Part shown: positions 13,701-28,552 of the stretch, piece by piece | How the letters are laid out: every line of letters starts with the position of its first letter | Numbering within the stretch: the stretch's first letter is position 1 | NCBI RefSeq assembly: GCF_009914755.1 | Contig: NC_060948.1 | Origin: the human T2T-CHM13v2.0 reference genome, Homo sapiens | Strand: one strand, 5' to 3' | Length of the DNA stretch: 64,000 nt | Translations under genes and position numbers: made by a program | Notes under the pieces: generated by a model | The model's database searches: none | What the model saw: the letters and a program-made list of their open reading frames with translations, nothing else | Told to the model about the DNA's origin: nothing

Positions 13701-14284
13701 GAATATAAAGAAATGGAATCGAAGAGAATGGAAACAAATGGAATGGAATTGAATGGAATGGAATTGAATGGAATGGGAACGAATGGAGTGAAATTGTATG
13801 CAGTAGAAGGGAATAGAATGGAATGCAAGCGAAAGGAAAGGAATGGATTGGAATGGAATGGAATTCATTGGAATGGAAGGGAATGTAGTGTAATGGACAG
13901 GCCTGGAATAAAGTGGAATGCTACGGTCTCGAATGGAATAAAAATGTATGGAATGGAATGCAATGAAACGGAATCGAATGTCATAGAATGTAATGGAATG
14001 CAAAAAAATGGAATCCTAAATCATTGACTGGAAAGGCTGGGTGTCGAAAGGAATTGACTCCAATGGAATGGAATCGAATGGAATGGAAGTGAATAGAATC
14101 GAACTAAATCGAATGGAATGGAATTGATAGGAACGGAATGGAAAGGAATGCAATGATTTGGCATGGAATGCAATCGAATGGCATCGAATGGAATGGAATG
14201 GAATGCAATGGAATGGAATGTATTAGAATGTAATGAACTTTAATGGAATGTACTCGAATGGATTCGACTGGAATGGAATGTTCT
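10716..14284 (+). repeat. DYZ1 monomer U4 (3569 bp), B haplotype
   Basis: B alleles plus GTCATCC (~13385) and GAATCCTAAA (~14011). Confidence 0.9.
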
Positions 14285-17200
14285 GGAAGTGAATGGACTC
14301 CAATGGAATGGATTCAAAAGGAATGGAATCGTACGGAATGGAATCTAATGGAATGGAATTAAATGGAAATGAATCAAATTGAATAGCACGGAATTGAATT
14401 GAATGGAATGGAATGCAATGGAATCTAATGAAACGGAAAGGAAAGGAATGGAATGGAATGGAAAGGGCTGGAATGGAAAGGAATCGAAACGAATGGAATG
14501 GAATCGAACTGAAGAGACTGGAATGGAATGCACTGGAATGGAAGGGAGTGTAATGGAAGGTTCTCGAAAAAAATGGAATCGAATGGAATGGAATTGAATG
14601 GAACGGAATAGAGTCGAATGGAATTGAATGGAATGGAATGGACTAGAGTGAAATGGAATCGAACCACAAGGAATGGACAGGAATAGAATGGTCTCGAATT
14701 GAATGGAATCGTATGGAATGGCATCAAACGGAATGGAATGGACAGCCACGGAATGGAATGCACTCGAATGCAATGGAGTCGAAACTAATGGACTGGAATA
14801 GAATGGACTCGACTGGTACGGACTCCAATGGAATGGAATCGAATGGAAGGGAATCGAACGGAATGGACTCGAAGGGAAAAGACTGCAATGGAAAGGTCTC
14901 GAATGGAATGGAAATTAATGGAATGGAATGGAATCGAATGAAATGGAGTCAAAAGGAATGGAATCGAATGGCAAGAAATCGAATGTAATGGAATCGCAAG
15001 GAATTGATGTGAACGGAACGGAATGGAATGGAATCCAAAGGAATGGAATAGAATGGAATGGAATCGAATGGAAAGGACTCGAATGGAAATCACTCGAATA
15101 GAATGCAATTTAATAAAATAGGATCAAATGTAATGGAATGGAATGGAAAGGAATCGAAACGAAAGGAATGGAGACAGATGGAATGGAATGGAACAGAGAG
15201 CAATGGTATAGAATGGAATGGAATCATCTGGAATGGAATTGAATGGAATGGAATAATATGAAATGGAATGGAATGGAATGGAATGGAATGGAATGGAATG
15301 GAATGCCCTTGAATTAAATGGACTGGAATGGAATGGACTCGAACAGAGTGGAATGGAAAGTGTTGAGATAGAATGCAATGGACTCCTTCGGAATGGTCTA
15401 GTATGCAATGCAATCGACTGGCAGGGAATCAAAAGGAATGTAATCGAATGGATTGGACTGGAATGCAGTGGACTCGAATAGATTGGAAACGGAATGCAAA
15501 GGAATGGAATGGAATAGTATGGAATGGAATGGAAAGGAATGGAGTGGAATAGACTAGAGTGGAATGGAATGGACTGGAAAGCAATGGACTGGAATGGAAC
15601 TTTCTTGAATGGACTGGAATCAAACGGAATGGAATGCAATGCAATCAAATGGCATGGAATAAAATAGAATGAAAGAGAATCAAATGGAATTGAATCGAAT
15701 GGAATCGAATGGATTGGAAAGGAATAGAATGGAATGCAATGGAATGGACTAGAATGGAATGGATTCGAATGGAATGGATTCGAATGGAAGGCAAAGGAAT
15801 GGAATCTATTGGAATGGACTGTAATGGAATGGAATGGAAGGGATTGGAATGGACTCGAATGGAATGGACTGCAATAGAAAGGATTCGAATGGAATGAAAA
15901 AGAATTGAATGGAATAGAACAGAATGGAATCAAATCGAATGAAATGGAATGGAATAGAAAGGAATGGAATGAAATGGAATGGAAAGGATTCGAATGGAAT
16001 GCAATCGAATGGAATGGAATCGAACGGAATGGAATAAAATGGAAGAAAACTGGCAAGAAATGGAATCGAAATGAATGGAGTGTTATGGAACGGACTCAAA
16101 AGGAATTGAATGTAATAGAATGGAGTGGAGTGGACTCGAATATAATGGACTGGAATGGAATGAAATCACATGGAATGGGAACGAATGGAATGGAATGGAA
16201 AGGAATGGAATCGAATGGAAAGGAATCGAATGGAAGGGAATGAAATTGAATCAACAGGAATGGAAGGGAATAGAATAGACGGTAATGGAATGGACTCGAA
16301 TAGAATGGACACGAATGCTCAAATTGAATGGACTCCAATGGAATGGAAACGAAAGGAATGTCATCGAATAGAATTGAATCGATTGGAATGAAATCGCAAG
16401 AATGGAGTGGAATCAAATGGAATTGAATCGAAAGGAAAGGAAGCGAATGGACTGAAATGAAATGGAATGGAATTGAATGGAAAGTAATGCAATGGAATAG
16501 AATGGAACGAAATTTCACGGAATGGAATCAAACTGAAAGGAATCAAATCAATGGAATCTAATCAAATGGAATGGAAGGGAATTGAATGGAGTAGATTGGA
16601 TTGGATGGGATTGGAGTGAAATGTACTGGAAAGGACTCGAATTTCATGAAACGGAATGGAATGAATTGGAACGGAATGGACTCGAATGGAATAGAATGTC
16701 ATGGAATGGCATCAAATGGAATGGCATCAAATGGAATGGAATCGAATGCAATGGAATGCTATGGAATGGAATGGAATGCATTGGAATGGAATGTCCTCTA
16801 ATGGAATGGATTCGAGTGGAATGGAATCGAATATAATGGAGTCGAATGAAATGGAATTGAAAGGAATGGGATCGAATACAATGGAATATACTGGAATGTA
16901 ATGTAATGAACTCGAATGTAATTGACTGGAATGGAATGTACATGAATGGAATGTAATCGAATGGAAAGTAATCCAATGGAATAGAATCTAATGCAATAAA
17001 ATCGACTCAGATAGAGTAGAATGTAATGGAATGGAGTGCAGTACAATGGAATGGAATGGAATGCAATGGAATGGAATGGAATGGAATGGAATGGAATGGA
17101 ATGGGATGGAATGGGATGGAATGGTATGGAATGGATAGTAATGGACTGGAGTGAAATGGACTGGAAAGGAATGGACTCAAATTGAAAGGGCTCGAAAGGA

Positions 17201-17862
17201 ATGGAGTCAAATGGAATGGTCTGGAATGGAATGAACACGAATGTAATGCAATCCAATAGAATGGAATCGAATGGCATGGAATATAAAGAAATGGAATCGA
17301 AGAGAATGGAAACAAATGGAATGGAATTGAATGGAATGGAATTGAATGGAATGGGAACGAATGGAGTGAAATTGTATGCAGTAGAAGGGAATAGAATGGA
17401 ATGCAAGCGAAAGGAAAGGAATGGATTGGAATGGAATGGAATTCATTGGAATGGAAGGGAATGTAGTGTAATGGACAGGCCTGGAATAAAGTGGAATGCT
17501 ACGGTCTCGAATGGAATAAAAATGTATGGAATGGAATGCAATGAAACGGAATCGAATGTCATAGAATGTAATGGAATGCAAAAAAATGGAATCCAAAATC
17601 ATTGACTGGAAAGGCTGGGTGTCGAAAGGAATTGACTCCAATGGAATGGAATCGAATGGAATGGAAGTGAATAGAATCGAACTAAACCGAATGGAATGGA
17701 ATTGATAGGAACGGAATGGAAAGGAATGCAATGAATTGGCATGGAATGGAATCGAATGGCATCGAATGGAATGGAATGGAATGCAATGGAATGGAATGTA
17801 CTAGAATGTAATGAACTTTAATGGAATGTACTCGAATGGATTCGACTGGAATGGAATGTTCT
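14285..17862 (+). repeat. DYZ1 monomer U5 (3578 bp), A haplotype
   Basis: A alleles, GGAAAGGGCT, CGATTGG, TAAACCGA and GTACTAGA. Confidence 0.9.
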
Positions 17863-20800
17863 GGAAGTGAATGGACTCCAATGGAATGGATTCAAAAGGA
17901 ATGGAATCGTACGGAATGGAATCTAATGGAATGGAATTAAATGGAAATGAATCAAATTGAATAGCTCGGAATTGAATTGAATGGAATGGAATGCAATGGA
18001 ATCTAATGAAACGGAAAGGAAAGGAATGGAATGGAATGGAATGGGCTGGAATGGAAAGGAATCGAAACGAATGGAATGGAATCGAACTGAAGAGACTGGA
18101 ATGGAATGCACTGGAATGGAAGAGAGTGTAATGGAAGGTTCTCGAAAAAAATGGAATCGAATGGAATGGAATTGAATGGAACGGAATAGAGTCGAATGGA
18201 ATTGAATGGAATGGAATGGACTAGAGTGAAATGGAATCGAACCACAAGGAATGGACAGGAATAGAATGGTCTCGAATTGAATGGAATCGTATGGAATGGC
18301 ATCAAACGGAATGGAATGGACAGCCACGGAATGGAATGCACTCGAATGCAATGGAGTCGAAACTAATGGACTGGAATAGAATGGACTCGACTGGTACGGA
18401 CTCCAATGGAATGGAATCGAATGGAAGGGAATCGAACGGAATGGACTCGAAGGGAAAAGACTGCAATGGAAAGGTCTCGAATGGAATGGAAATTAATGGA
18501 ATGGAATGGAATCGAATGAAATGGAGTCAAAAGGAATGGAATCGAATGGCAAGAAATCGAATGTAATGGAATCGCAAGGAATTGATGTGAACGGAACGGA
18601 ATGGAATGGAATCCAAAGGAATGGAATAGAATGGAATGGAATCGAATGGAAAGGACTCGAATGGAAATCACTCGAATAGAATGCAATTTAATAAAATAGG
18701 ATCAAATGTAATGGAATGGAATGGAAAGGAATCGAAACGAAAGGAATGGAGACAGATGGAATGGAATGGAACAGAGAGCAATGGTATAGAATGGAATGGA
18801 ATCATCTGGAATGGAATTGAATGGAATGGAATAATATGAAATGGAATGGAATGGAATGGAATGGAATGCCCTTGAATTAAATGGACTGGAATGGAATGGA
18901 CTCGAACAGAGTGGAATGGAAAGTGTTGAGATAGAATGGAATGGACTCCTTTGGAATGGTGTAGTATGCAATGCAATCGACTGGCAGGGAATCAAAAGGA
19001 ATGTAATGGAATGGATTGGACTGGAATGCAATGGACTCGAATAGATTGGAAACGGAATGCAAAGGAATGGAATGGAATAGTATGGAATGGAATGGAAAGG
19101 AATGGAGTGGAATAGACTAGAGTGGAATGGAATGGACTGGAAAGCAATGGACTGGAATGGAACTTTCTTGAATGGACTGGAATCAAACGGAATGGAATGC
19201 AATGCAATCAAATGGCATGGAATAAAATAGAATGAAAGAGAATCAAATGGAATTGAATCGAATGGAATCGAATGGATTGGAAAGGAATAGAATGGAATGG
19301 AATGGAATGGACTAGAATGGAATGGATTCGAATGGAAGGCAAAGGAATGGAATCTATTGGAATGGACTGTAATGGAATGGAATGGAAGGGATTGGAATGG
19401 ACTCGAATGGAATGGACTGCAATAGAAAGGATTCGAATGGAATGAAAAAGAATTGAATGGAATAGAACAGAATGGAATCAAATCGAATGAAATGGAATGG
19501 AATAGAAAGGAATGGAATGAAATGGAATGGAAAGGATTCGAATGGAATGCAATCGAATGGAATGGAATCGAACGGAATGGAATAAAATGGAAGAAAACTG
19601 GCAAGAAATGGAATCGAAATGAATGGAGTGTTATGGAACGGACTCAAAAGGAATTGAATGTAATAGAATGGAGTGGAGTGGACTCGAATATAATGGACTG
19701 GAATGGAATGAAATCACATGGAATGGGAACGAATGGAATGGAATGGAAAGGAATGGAATCGAATGGAAAGGAATCGAATGGAAGGGAATGAAATTGAATC
19801 AACAGGAATGGAAGGGAATAGAATAGACTGTAATGGAATGGACTCGAATAGAATGGACACGAATGCTCAAATTGAATGGACTCCAATGGAATGGAAACGA
19901 AAGGAATGTCATCGAATAGAATTGAATCGACTGGAATGAAATCGCAAGAATGGAGTGGAATCAAATGGAATTGAATCGAAAGGAAAGGAAGCGAATGGAC
20001 TGAAATGAAATGGAATGGAATTGAATGGAAAGTAATGCAATGGAATAGAATGGAACGAAATTTCACGGAATGGAATCAAACTGAAAGGAATCAAATCAAT
20101 GGAATCTAATCAAATGGAATGGAAGGGAATTGAATGGAGTAGATTGGATTGGATGGGATTGGAGTGAAATGTACTGGAAAGGACTCGAATTTCATGAAAC
20201 GGAATGGAATGAATTGGAACGGAATGGACTCGAATGGAATGGAATGTCATGGAATGGCATCAAATGGAATGGCATCAAATGGAATGGAATCGAATGCAAT
20301 GGAATGCTATGGAATGGAATGGAATGCATTGGAATGGAATGTCCTCTAATGGAATGGATTCGAGTGGAATGGAATCGAATATAATGGAGTCGAATGAAAT
20401 GGAATTGAAAGGAATGGGATCGAATACAATGGAATATACTGGAATGTAATGTAATGAACTCGAATGTAATTGACTGGAATGGAATGTACATGAATGGAAT
20501 GTAATCGAATGGAAAGTAATCCAATGGAATAGAATCTAATGCAATAAAATCGACTCAGATAGAGTAGAATGTAATGGAATGGAGTGCAGTACAATGGAAT
20601 GGAATGGAATGCAATGGAATGGAATGGAATGGAATGGAATGGAATGGAATGGGATGGAATGGGATGGAATGGTATGGAGTGGATAGTAATGGACTGGAGT
20701 GAAATGGACTGGAAAGGAATGGACTCAAATTGAAAGGGCTCGAAAGGAATGGAGTCAAATGGAATGGTCTGGAATGGAATGAACACGAATGTAATGCAAT

Positions 20801-21410
20801 CCAATAGAATGGAATCGAATGGCATGGAATATAAAGAAATGGAATCGAAGAGAATGGAAACAAATGGAATGGAATTGAATGGAATGGAATTGAATGGAAT
20901 GGGAACGAATGGAGTGAAATTGTATGCAGTAGAAGGGAATAGAATGGAATGCAAGCGAAAGGAAAGGAATGGATTGGAATGGAATGGAATTCATTGGAAT
21001 GGAAGGGAATGTAGTGTAATGGACAGGCCTGGAATAAAGTGGAATGCTACGGTCTCGAATGGAATAAAAATGTATGGAATGGAATGCAATGAAACGGAAT
21101 CGAATGTCATAGAATGTAATGGAATGCAAAAAAATGGAATCCAAAATCATTGACTGGAAAGGCTGGGTGTCGAAAGGAATTGACTCCAATGATATGGAAT
21201 CGAATGGAATGGAAGTGAATAGAATCGAACTAAATCGAATGGAATGGAATTGATAGGAACGGAATGGAAAGGAATGCAATGAATTGGCATGGAATGGAAT
21301 CGAATGGCATCGAATGGAATGGAATGGAATGCAATGGAATGGAATGTATTAGAATGTAATGAACTTTAATGGAATGTACTCGAATGGATTCGACTGGAAT
21401 GGAATGTTCT
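17863..21410 (+). repeat. DYZ1 monomer U6 (3548 bp), chimera: U12-like left, U3-like right
   Basis: AGCTCGG (17966), B-type CCTTTGG, 15-bp deletion near 19310, then A alleles CACATGG, CGCAAGAAT and GATATGG. Confidence 0.88.
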
Positions 21411-24400
21411 GGAAGTGAATGGACTCCAATGGAATGGATTCAAAAGGAATGGAATCGTACGGAATGGAATCTAATGGAATGGAATTAAATGGAAATGAAT
21501 CAAATTGAATAGCACGGAATTGAATTGAATGGAATGGAATGCAATGGAATCTAATGAAACGGAAAGGAAAGGAATGGAATGGAATGGAATGGGCTGGAAT
21601 GGAAAGGAATCGAAACGAATGGAATGGAATCGAACTGAAGAGACTGGAATGGAATGCACTGGAATGGAAGGGAGTGTAATGGAAGGTTCTCGAAAAAAAT
21701 GGAATCGAATGGAATGGAATTGAATGGAACGGAATAGAGTCGAATGGAATTGAATGGAATGGAATGGACTAGAGTGAAATGGAATCGAACCACAAGGAAT
21801 GGACAGGAATAGAATGGTCTCGAATTGAATGGAATCGTATGGAATGGCATCAAACGGAATGGAATGGACAGCCACGGAATGGAATGCACTCGAATGCAAT
21901 GGAGTCGAAACTAATGGACTGGAATAGAATGGACTCGACTGGTACGGACTCCAATGGAATGGAATCGAATGGAAGGGAATCGAACGGAATGGACTCGAAG
22001 GGAAAAGACTGCAATGGAAAGGTCTCGAAAGGAATGGAAATTAATGGAATGGAATGGAATCGAATGAAATGGAGTCAAAAGGAATGGAATCGAATGGCAA
22101 GAAATCGAATGTAATGGAATCGCAAGGAATTGATGTGAACGGAACGGAATGGAATGGAATCCAAAGGAATGGAATAGAATGGAATGGAATCGAATGGAAA
22201 GGACTCGAATGGAAATCACTCGAATAGAATGCAATTTAATAAAATAGGATCAAATGTAATGGAATGGAATGGAAAGGAATCGAAACGAAAGGAATGGAGA
22301 CAGATGGAATGGAATGGAACAGAGAGCAATGGTATAGAATGGAATGGAATCATCTGGAATGGAATTGAATGGAATGGAATAATATGAAATGGAATGGAAT
22401 GGAATGGAATGGAAAGCCCTTGAATTAAATGGACTGGAATGGAATGGACTCGAACAGAGTGGAATGGAAAGTGTTGAGATAGAATGGAATGGACTCCTTT
22501 GGAATGGTGTAGTATGCAATGCAATCGACTGGCAGGGAATCAAAAGGAATGTAATGGAATGGATTGGACTGGAATGCAATGGACTCGAATAGATTGGAAA
22601 CGGAATGCAAAGGAATGGAATGGAATAGTATGGAATGGAATGGAAAGGAATGGAGTGGAATAGACTAGAGTGGAATGGAATGGACTGGAAAGCAATGGAC
22701 TGGAATGGAACTTTCTTGAATGGACTGGAATCAAACGGAATGGAATGCAATGCAATCAAATGGCATGGAATAAAATAGAATGAAAGAGAATCAAATGGAA
22801 TTGAATCGAATGGAATCGAATGGATTGGAAAGGAATAGAATGGAATGGAATGGAATTGACTCGAATGGAATGGACTAGAATGGAATGGATTCGAATGGAA
22901 GGCAAAGGAATGGAATCTATTGGAATGGACTGTAATGGAATGGAATGGAAAGGATTGGAATGGACTCGAATGGAATGGACTGCAATAGAAAGGATTCGAA
23001 TGGAATGAAAAAGAATTGAATGGAATAGAACAGAATGGAATCAAATCGAATGAAATGGAATGGAATAGAAAGGAATGGAATGAAATGGAATGGAAAGGAT
23101 TCGAATGGAATGCAATCGAATGGAATGGAATCGAACGGAATGGAATAAAATGGAAGAAAACTGGCAAGAAATGGAATCGAAATGAATGGAGTGTTATGGA
23201 ACGGACTCAAAAGGAATTGAATGTAATAGAATGGAGTGGAGTGGACTCGAATATAATGGAATGGAATGGAATGAAATCACAAGGAATGGGAACGAATGGA
23301 ATGGAATGGAAAGGAATGGAATCGAATGGAAAGGAATCGAATGGAAGGGAATGAAATTGAATCAACAGGAATGGAAGGGAATAGAATAGACGGTAATGGA
23401 ATGGACTCGAATAGAATGGACACGAATGCTCAAATTGAATGGACTCGAATGGAATGGAAACGAAAGGAATGTCATCGAATGGAATTGAATGGATTGGAAT
23501 GAAATCGCATAGAATGGAGTGGAATCAAATGGAATTTAATCGAAAGGAAAGGAAGCGAATGGACTGAAATGAAATGGAATGGAATTGAATGGAAAGTAAT
23601 GCAATGGAATAGAATGGAACGAAATTTCACGGAATGGAATCAAACTGAATGGAATCAAATCAATGGAATCAAATCAAATGGAATGGAAAGGAATTGAATG
23701 GAGTAGATTGGATTGGATGGGATTGGAATGAAATGTACTGGAAAGGACTCGAATTTCATGAAACGGAATGGAATGAATTGGAACGGAATGGACTCGAATG
23801 GAATGGAATGTCATGGAATGGCATCAAATGGAATGGCATCAAATGGAATGGAATCGAATGCAATGGAATGCTATGGAATGGAATGGAATGCATTGGAATG
23901 GAATGTCCTCTAATGGAATGGATTCGAGTGGAATGGAATCGAATATAATGGAGTCGAATGAAATGGAATTGAAAGGAGTGGGATCGAATACAATGGAATA
24001 TACTGGAATGTAATGTAATGAACTCGAATGTAATTGACTGGAATGGAATGTACATGAATGGAATGTAATCGAATGGAAAGTCATCCAATGGAATAGAATC
24101 TAATGCAATAAAACCGACTCAGATAGAGTAGAATGTAATGGAATGGAGTGCAGTGCAATGGAATGGAATGGAATGGAAGGCAATGGAATGGAATGGAATG
24201 GAATGGAATGGAATGGAATGGAATGGGATGGAATGGGATGGAATGGATAGTAATGGACTGGAGTGAAATGGACTGGAAAGGAATGGACTCAAATTGAAAG
24301 GGCTCGAAAGGAATGGAGTCAAATGGAATGGTCTGGAATGGAATGAACACGAATGTAATGCAATCCAATAGAATGGAATCGAATGGCATGGAATATAAAG

Positions 24401-24974
24401 AAATGGAATCGAAGAGAATGGAAACAAATGGAATGGAATTGAATGGAATGGAATTGAATGGAATGGGAACGAATGGAGTGAAATTGTATGCAGTAGAAGG
24501 GAATAGAATGGAATGCAAGCGAAAGGAAAGGAATGGATTGGAATGGAATGGAATTCATTGGAATGGAAGGGAATGTAGTGTAATGGACAGGCCTGGAATA
24601 AAGTGGAATGCTACAGTCTCGAATGGAATAAAAATGTATGGAATGGAATGCAATGAAACGGAATCGAATGTCATAGAATGTAATGGAATGCAAAAAAATG
24701 GAATCCTAAATCATTGACTGGAAAGGCTGGGTGTCGAAAGGAATTGACTCCAATGGAATGGAATCGAATGGAATGGAAGTGAATAGAATCGAACTAAATC
24801 GAATGGAATGGAATTGATAGGAACGGAATGGAAAGGAATGCAATGATTTGGCATGGAATGCAATCGAATGGCATCGAATGGAATGGAATGGAATGCAATG
24901 GAATGGAATGTATTAGAATGTAATGAACTTTAATGGAATGTACTCGAATGGATTCGACTGGAATGGAATGTTCT
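21411..24974 (+). repeat. DYZ1 monomer U7 (3564 bp), B haplotype (U4-like)
   Basis: TCTCGAAAGG, GTCATCC, GAATCCTAAA and B alleles. Confidence 0.9.
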
Positions 24975-27900
24975 GGAAGTGAATGGACTCCAATGGAATG
25001 GATTCAAAAGGAATGGAATCGTACGGAATGGAATCTAATGGAATGGAATTAAATGGAAATGAATCAAATTGAATAGCACGGAATTGAATTGAATGGAATG
25101 GAATGCAATGGAATCTAATGAAACGGAAAGGAAAGGAATGGAATGGAATGGAAAGGGCTGGAATGGAAAGGAATCGAAACGAATGGAATGGAATCGAACT
25201 GAAGAGACTGGAATGGAATGCACTGGAATGGAAGGGAGTGTAATGGAAGGTTCTCGAAAAAAATGGAATCGAATGGAATGGAATTGAATGGAACGGAATA
25301 GAGTCGAATGGAATTGAATGGAATGGAATGGACTAGAGTGAAATGGAATCGAACCACAAGGAATGGACAGGAATAGAATGGTCTCGAATTGAATGGAATC
25401 GTATGGAATGGCATCAAACGGAATGGAATGGACAGCCACGGAATGGAATGCACTCGAATGCAATGGAGTCGAAACTAATGGACTGGAATAGAATGGACTC
25501 GACTGGTACGGACTCCAATGGAATGGAATCGAATGGAAGGGAATCGAACGGAATGGACTCGAAGGGAAAAGACTGCAATGGAAAGGTCTCGAATGGAATG
25601 GAAATTAATGGAATGGAATGGAATCGAATGAAATGGAGTCAAAAGGAATGGAATCGAATGGCAAGAAATCGAATGTAATGGAATCGCAAGGAATTGATGT
25701 GAACGGAACGGAATGGAATGGAATCCAAAGGAATGGAATAGAATGGAATGGAATCGAATGGAAAGGACTCGAATGGAAATCACTCGAATAGAATGCAATT
25801 TAATAAAATAGGATCAAATGTAATGGAATGGAATGGAAAGGAATCGAAACGAAAGGAATGGAGACAGATGGAATGGAATGGAACAGAGAGCAATGGTATA
25901 GAATGGAATGGAATCATCTGGAATGGAATTGAATGGAATGGAATAATATGAAATGGAATGGAATGGAATGGAATGGAATGGAATGGAATGCCCTTGAATT
26001 AAATGGACTGGAATGGAATGGACTCGAACAGAGTGGAATGGAAAGTGTTGAGATAGAATGCAATGGACTCCTTCGGAATGGTCTAGTATGCAATGCAATC
26101 GACTGGCAGGGAATCAAAAGGAATGTAATCGAATGGATTGGACTGGAATGCAGTGGACTCGAATAGATTGGAAACGGAATGCAAAGGAATGGAATGGAAT
26201 AGTATGGAATGGAATGGAAAGGAATGGAGTGGAATAGACTAGAGTGGAATGGAATGGACTGGAAAGCAATGGACTGGAATGGAACTTTCTTGAATGGACT
26301 GGAATCAAACGGAATGGAATGCAATGCAATCAAATGGCATGGAATAAAATAGAATGAAAGAGAATCAAATGGAATTGAATCGAATGGAATCGAATGGATT
26401 GGAAAGGAATAGAATGGAATGCAATGGAATGGACTAGAATGGAATGGAGTAGAATGGAATGGATTCGAATGGAAGGCAAAGGAATGGAATCTATTGGAAT
26501 GGACTGTAATGGAATGGAATGGAAGGGATTGGAATGGACTCGAATGGAATGGACTGCAATAGAAAGGATTCGAATGGAATGAAAAAGAATTGAATGGAAT
26601 AGAACAGAATGGAATCAAATCGAATGAAATGGAATGGAATAGAAAGGAATGGAATGAAATGGAATGGAAAGGATTCGAATGGAATGCAATCGAATGGAAT
26701 GGAATCGAACGGAATGGAATAAAATGGAAGAAAACTGGCAAGAAATGGAATCGAAATGAATGGAGTGTTATGGAACGGACTCAAAAGGAATTGAATGTAA
26801 TAGAATGGAGTGGAGTGGACTCGAATATAATGGACTGGAATGGAATGAAATCACATGGAATGGGAACGAATGGAATGGAATGGAAAGGAATGGAATCGAA
26901 TGGAAAGGAATCGAATGGAAGGGAATGAAATTGAATCAACAGGAATGGAAGGGAATAGAATAGACGGTAATGGAATGGACTCGAATAGAATGGACACGAA
27001 TGCTCAAATTGAATGGACTCCAATGGAATGGAAACGAAAGGAATGTCATCGAATAGAATTGAATCGATTGGAATGAAATCGCAAGAATGGAGTGGAATCA
27101 AATGGAATTGAATCGAAAGGAAAGGAAGCGAATGGACTGAAATGAAATGGAATGGAATTGAATGGAAAGTAATGCAATGGAATAGAATGGAACGAAATTT
27201 CACGGAATGGAATCAAACTGAAAGGAATCAAATCAATGGAATCTAATCAAATGGAATGGAAGGGAATTGAATGGAGTAGATTGGATTGGATGGGATTGGA
27301 GTGAAATGTACTGGAAAGGACTCGAATTTCATGAAACGGAATGGAATGAATTGGAACGGAATGGACTCGAATGGAATGGAATGTCATGGAATGGCATCAA
27401 ATGGAATGGCATCAAATGGAATGGAATCGAATGCAATGGAATGCTATGGAATGGAATGGAATGCATTGGAATGGAATGTCCTCTAATGGAATGGATTCGA
27501 GTGGAATGGAATCGAATATAATGGAGTCGAATGAAAGGGAATTGAAAGGAATGGGATCGAATACAATGGAATATACTGGAATGTAATGTAATGAACTCGA
27601 ATGTAATTGACTGGAATGGAATGTACATGAATGGAATGTAATCGAATGGAAAGTAATCCAATGGAATAGAATCTAATGCAATAAAATCGACTCAGATAGA
27701 GTAGAATGTAATGGAATGGAGTGCAGTACAATGGAATGGAATGGAATGCAATGGAATGGAATGGAATGGAATGGAATGGAATGGAATGGAATGGGATGGA
27801 ATGGGATGGAATGGTATGGAATGGATAGTAATGGACTGGAGTGAAATGGACTGGAAAGGAATGGACTCAAATTGAAAGGGCTCGAAAGGAATGGAGTCAA

Positions 27901-28552
27901 ATGGAATGGTCTGGAATGGAATGAACACGAATGTAATGCAATCCAATAGAATGGAATCGAATGGCATGGAATATAAAGAAATGGAATCGAAGAGAATGGA
28001 AACAAATGGAATGGAATTGAATGGAATGGAATTGAATGGAATGGGAACGAATGGAGTGAAATTGTATGCAGTAGAAGGGAATAGAATGGAATGCAAGCGA
28101 AAGGAAAGGAATGGATTGGAATGGAATGGAATTCATTGGAATGGAAGGGAATGTAGTGTAATGGACAGGCCTGGAATAAAGTGGAATGCTACGGTCTCGA
28201 ATGGAATAAAAATGTATGGAATGGAATGCAATGAAACGGAATCGAATGTCATAGAATGTAATGGAATGCAAAAAAATGGAATCCAAAATCATTGACTGGA
28301 AAGGCTGGGTGTCGAAAGGAATTGACTCCAATGGAATGGAATCGAATGGAATGGAAGTGAATAGAATCGAACTAAACCGAATGGAATGGAATTGATAGGA
28401 ACGGAATGGAAAGGAATGCAATGAATTGGCATGGAATGGAATCGAATGGCATCGAATGGAATGGAATGGAATGCAATGGAATGGAATGTACTAGAATGTA
28501 ATGAACTTTAATGGAATGTACTCGAATGGATTCGACTGGAATGGAATGTTCT
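24975..28552 (+). repeat. DYZ1 monomer U8 (3578 bp), A haplotype (U5-like)
   Basis: GGAAAGGGCT, CGATTGG, TAAACCGA, GTACTAGA, plus GAAAGGGAATTG. Confidence 0.9.
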
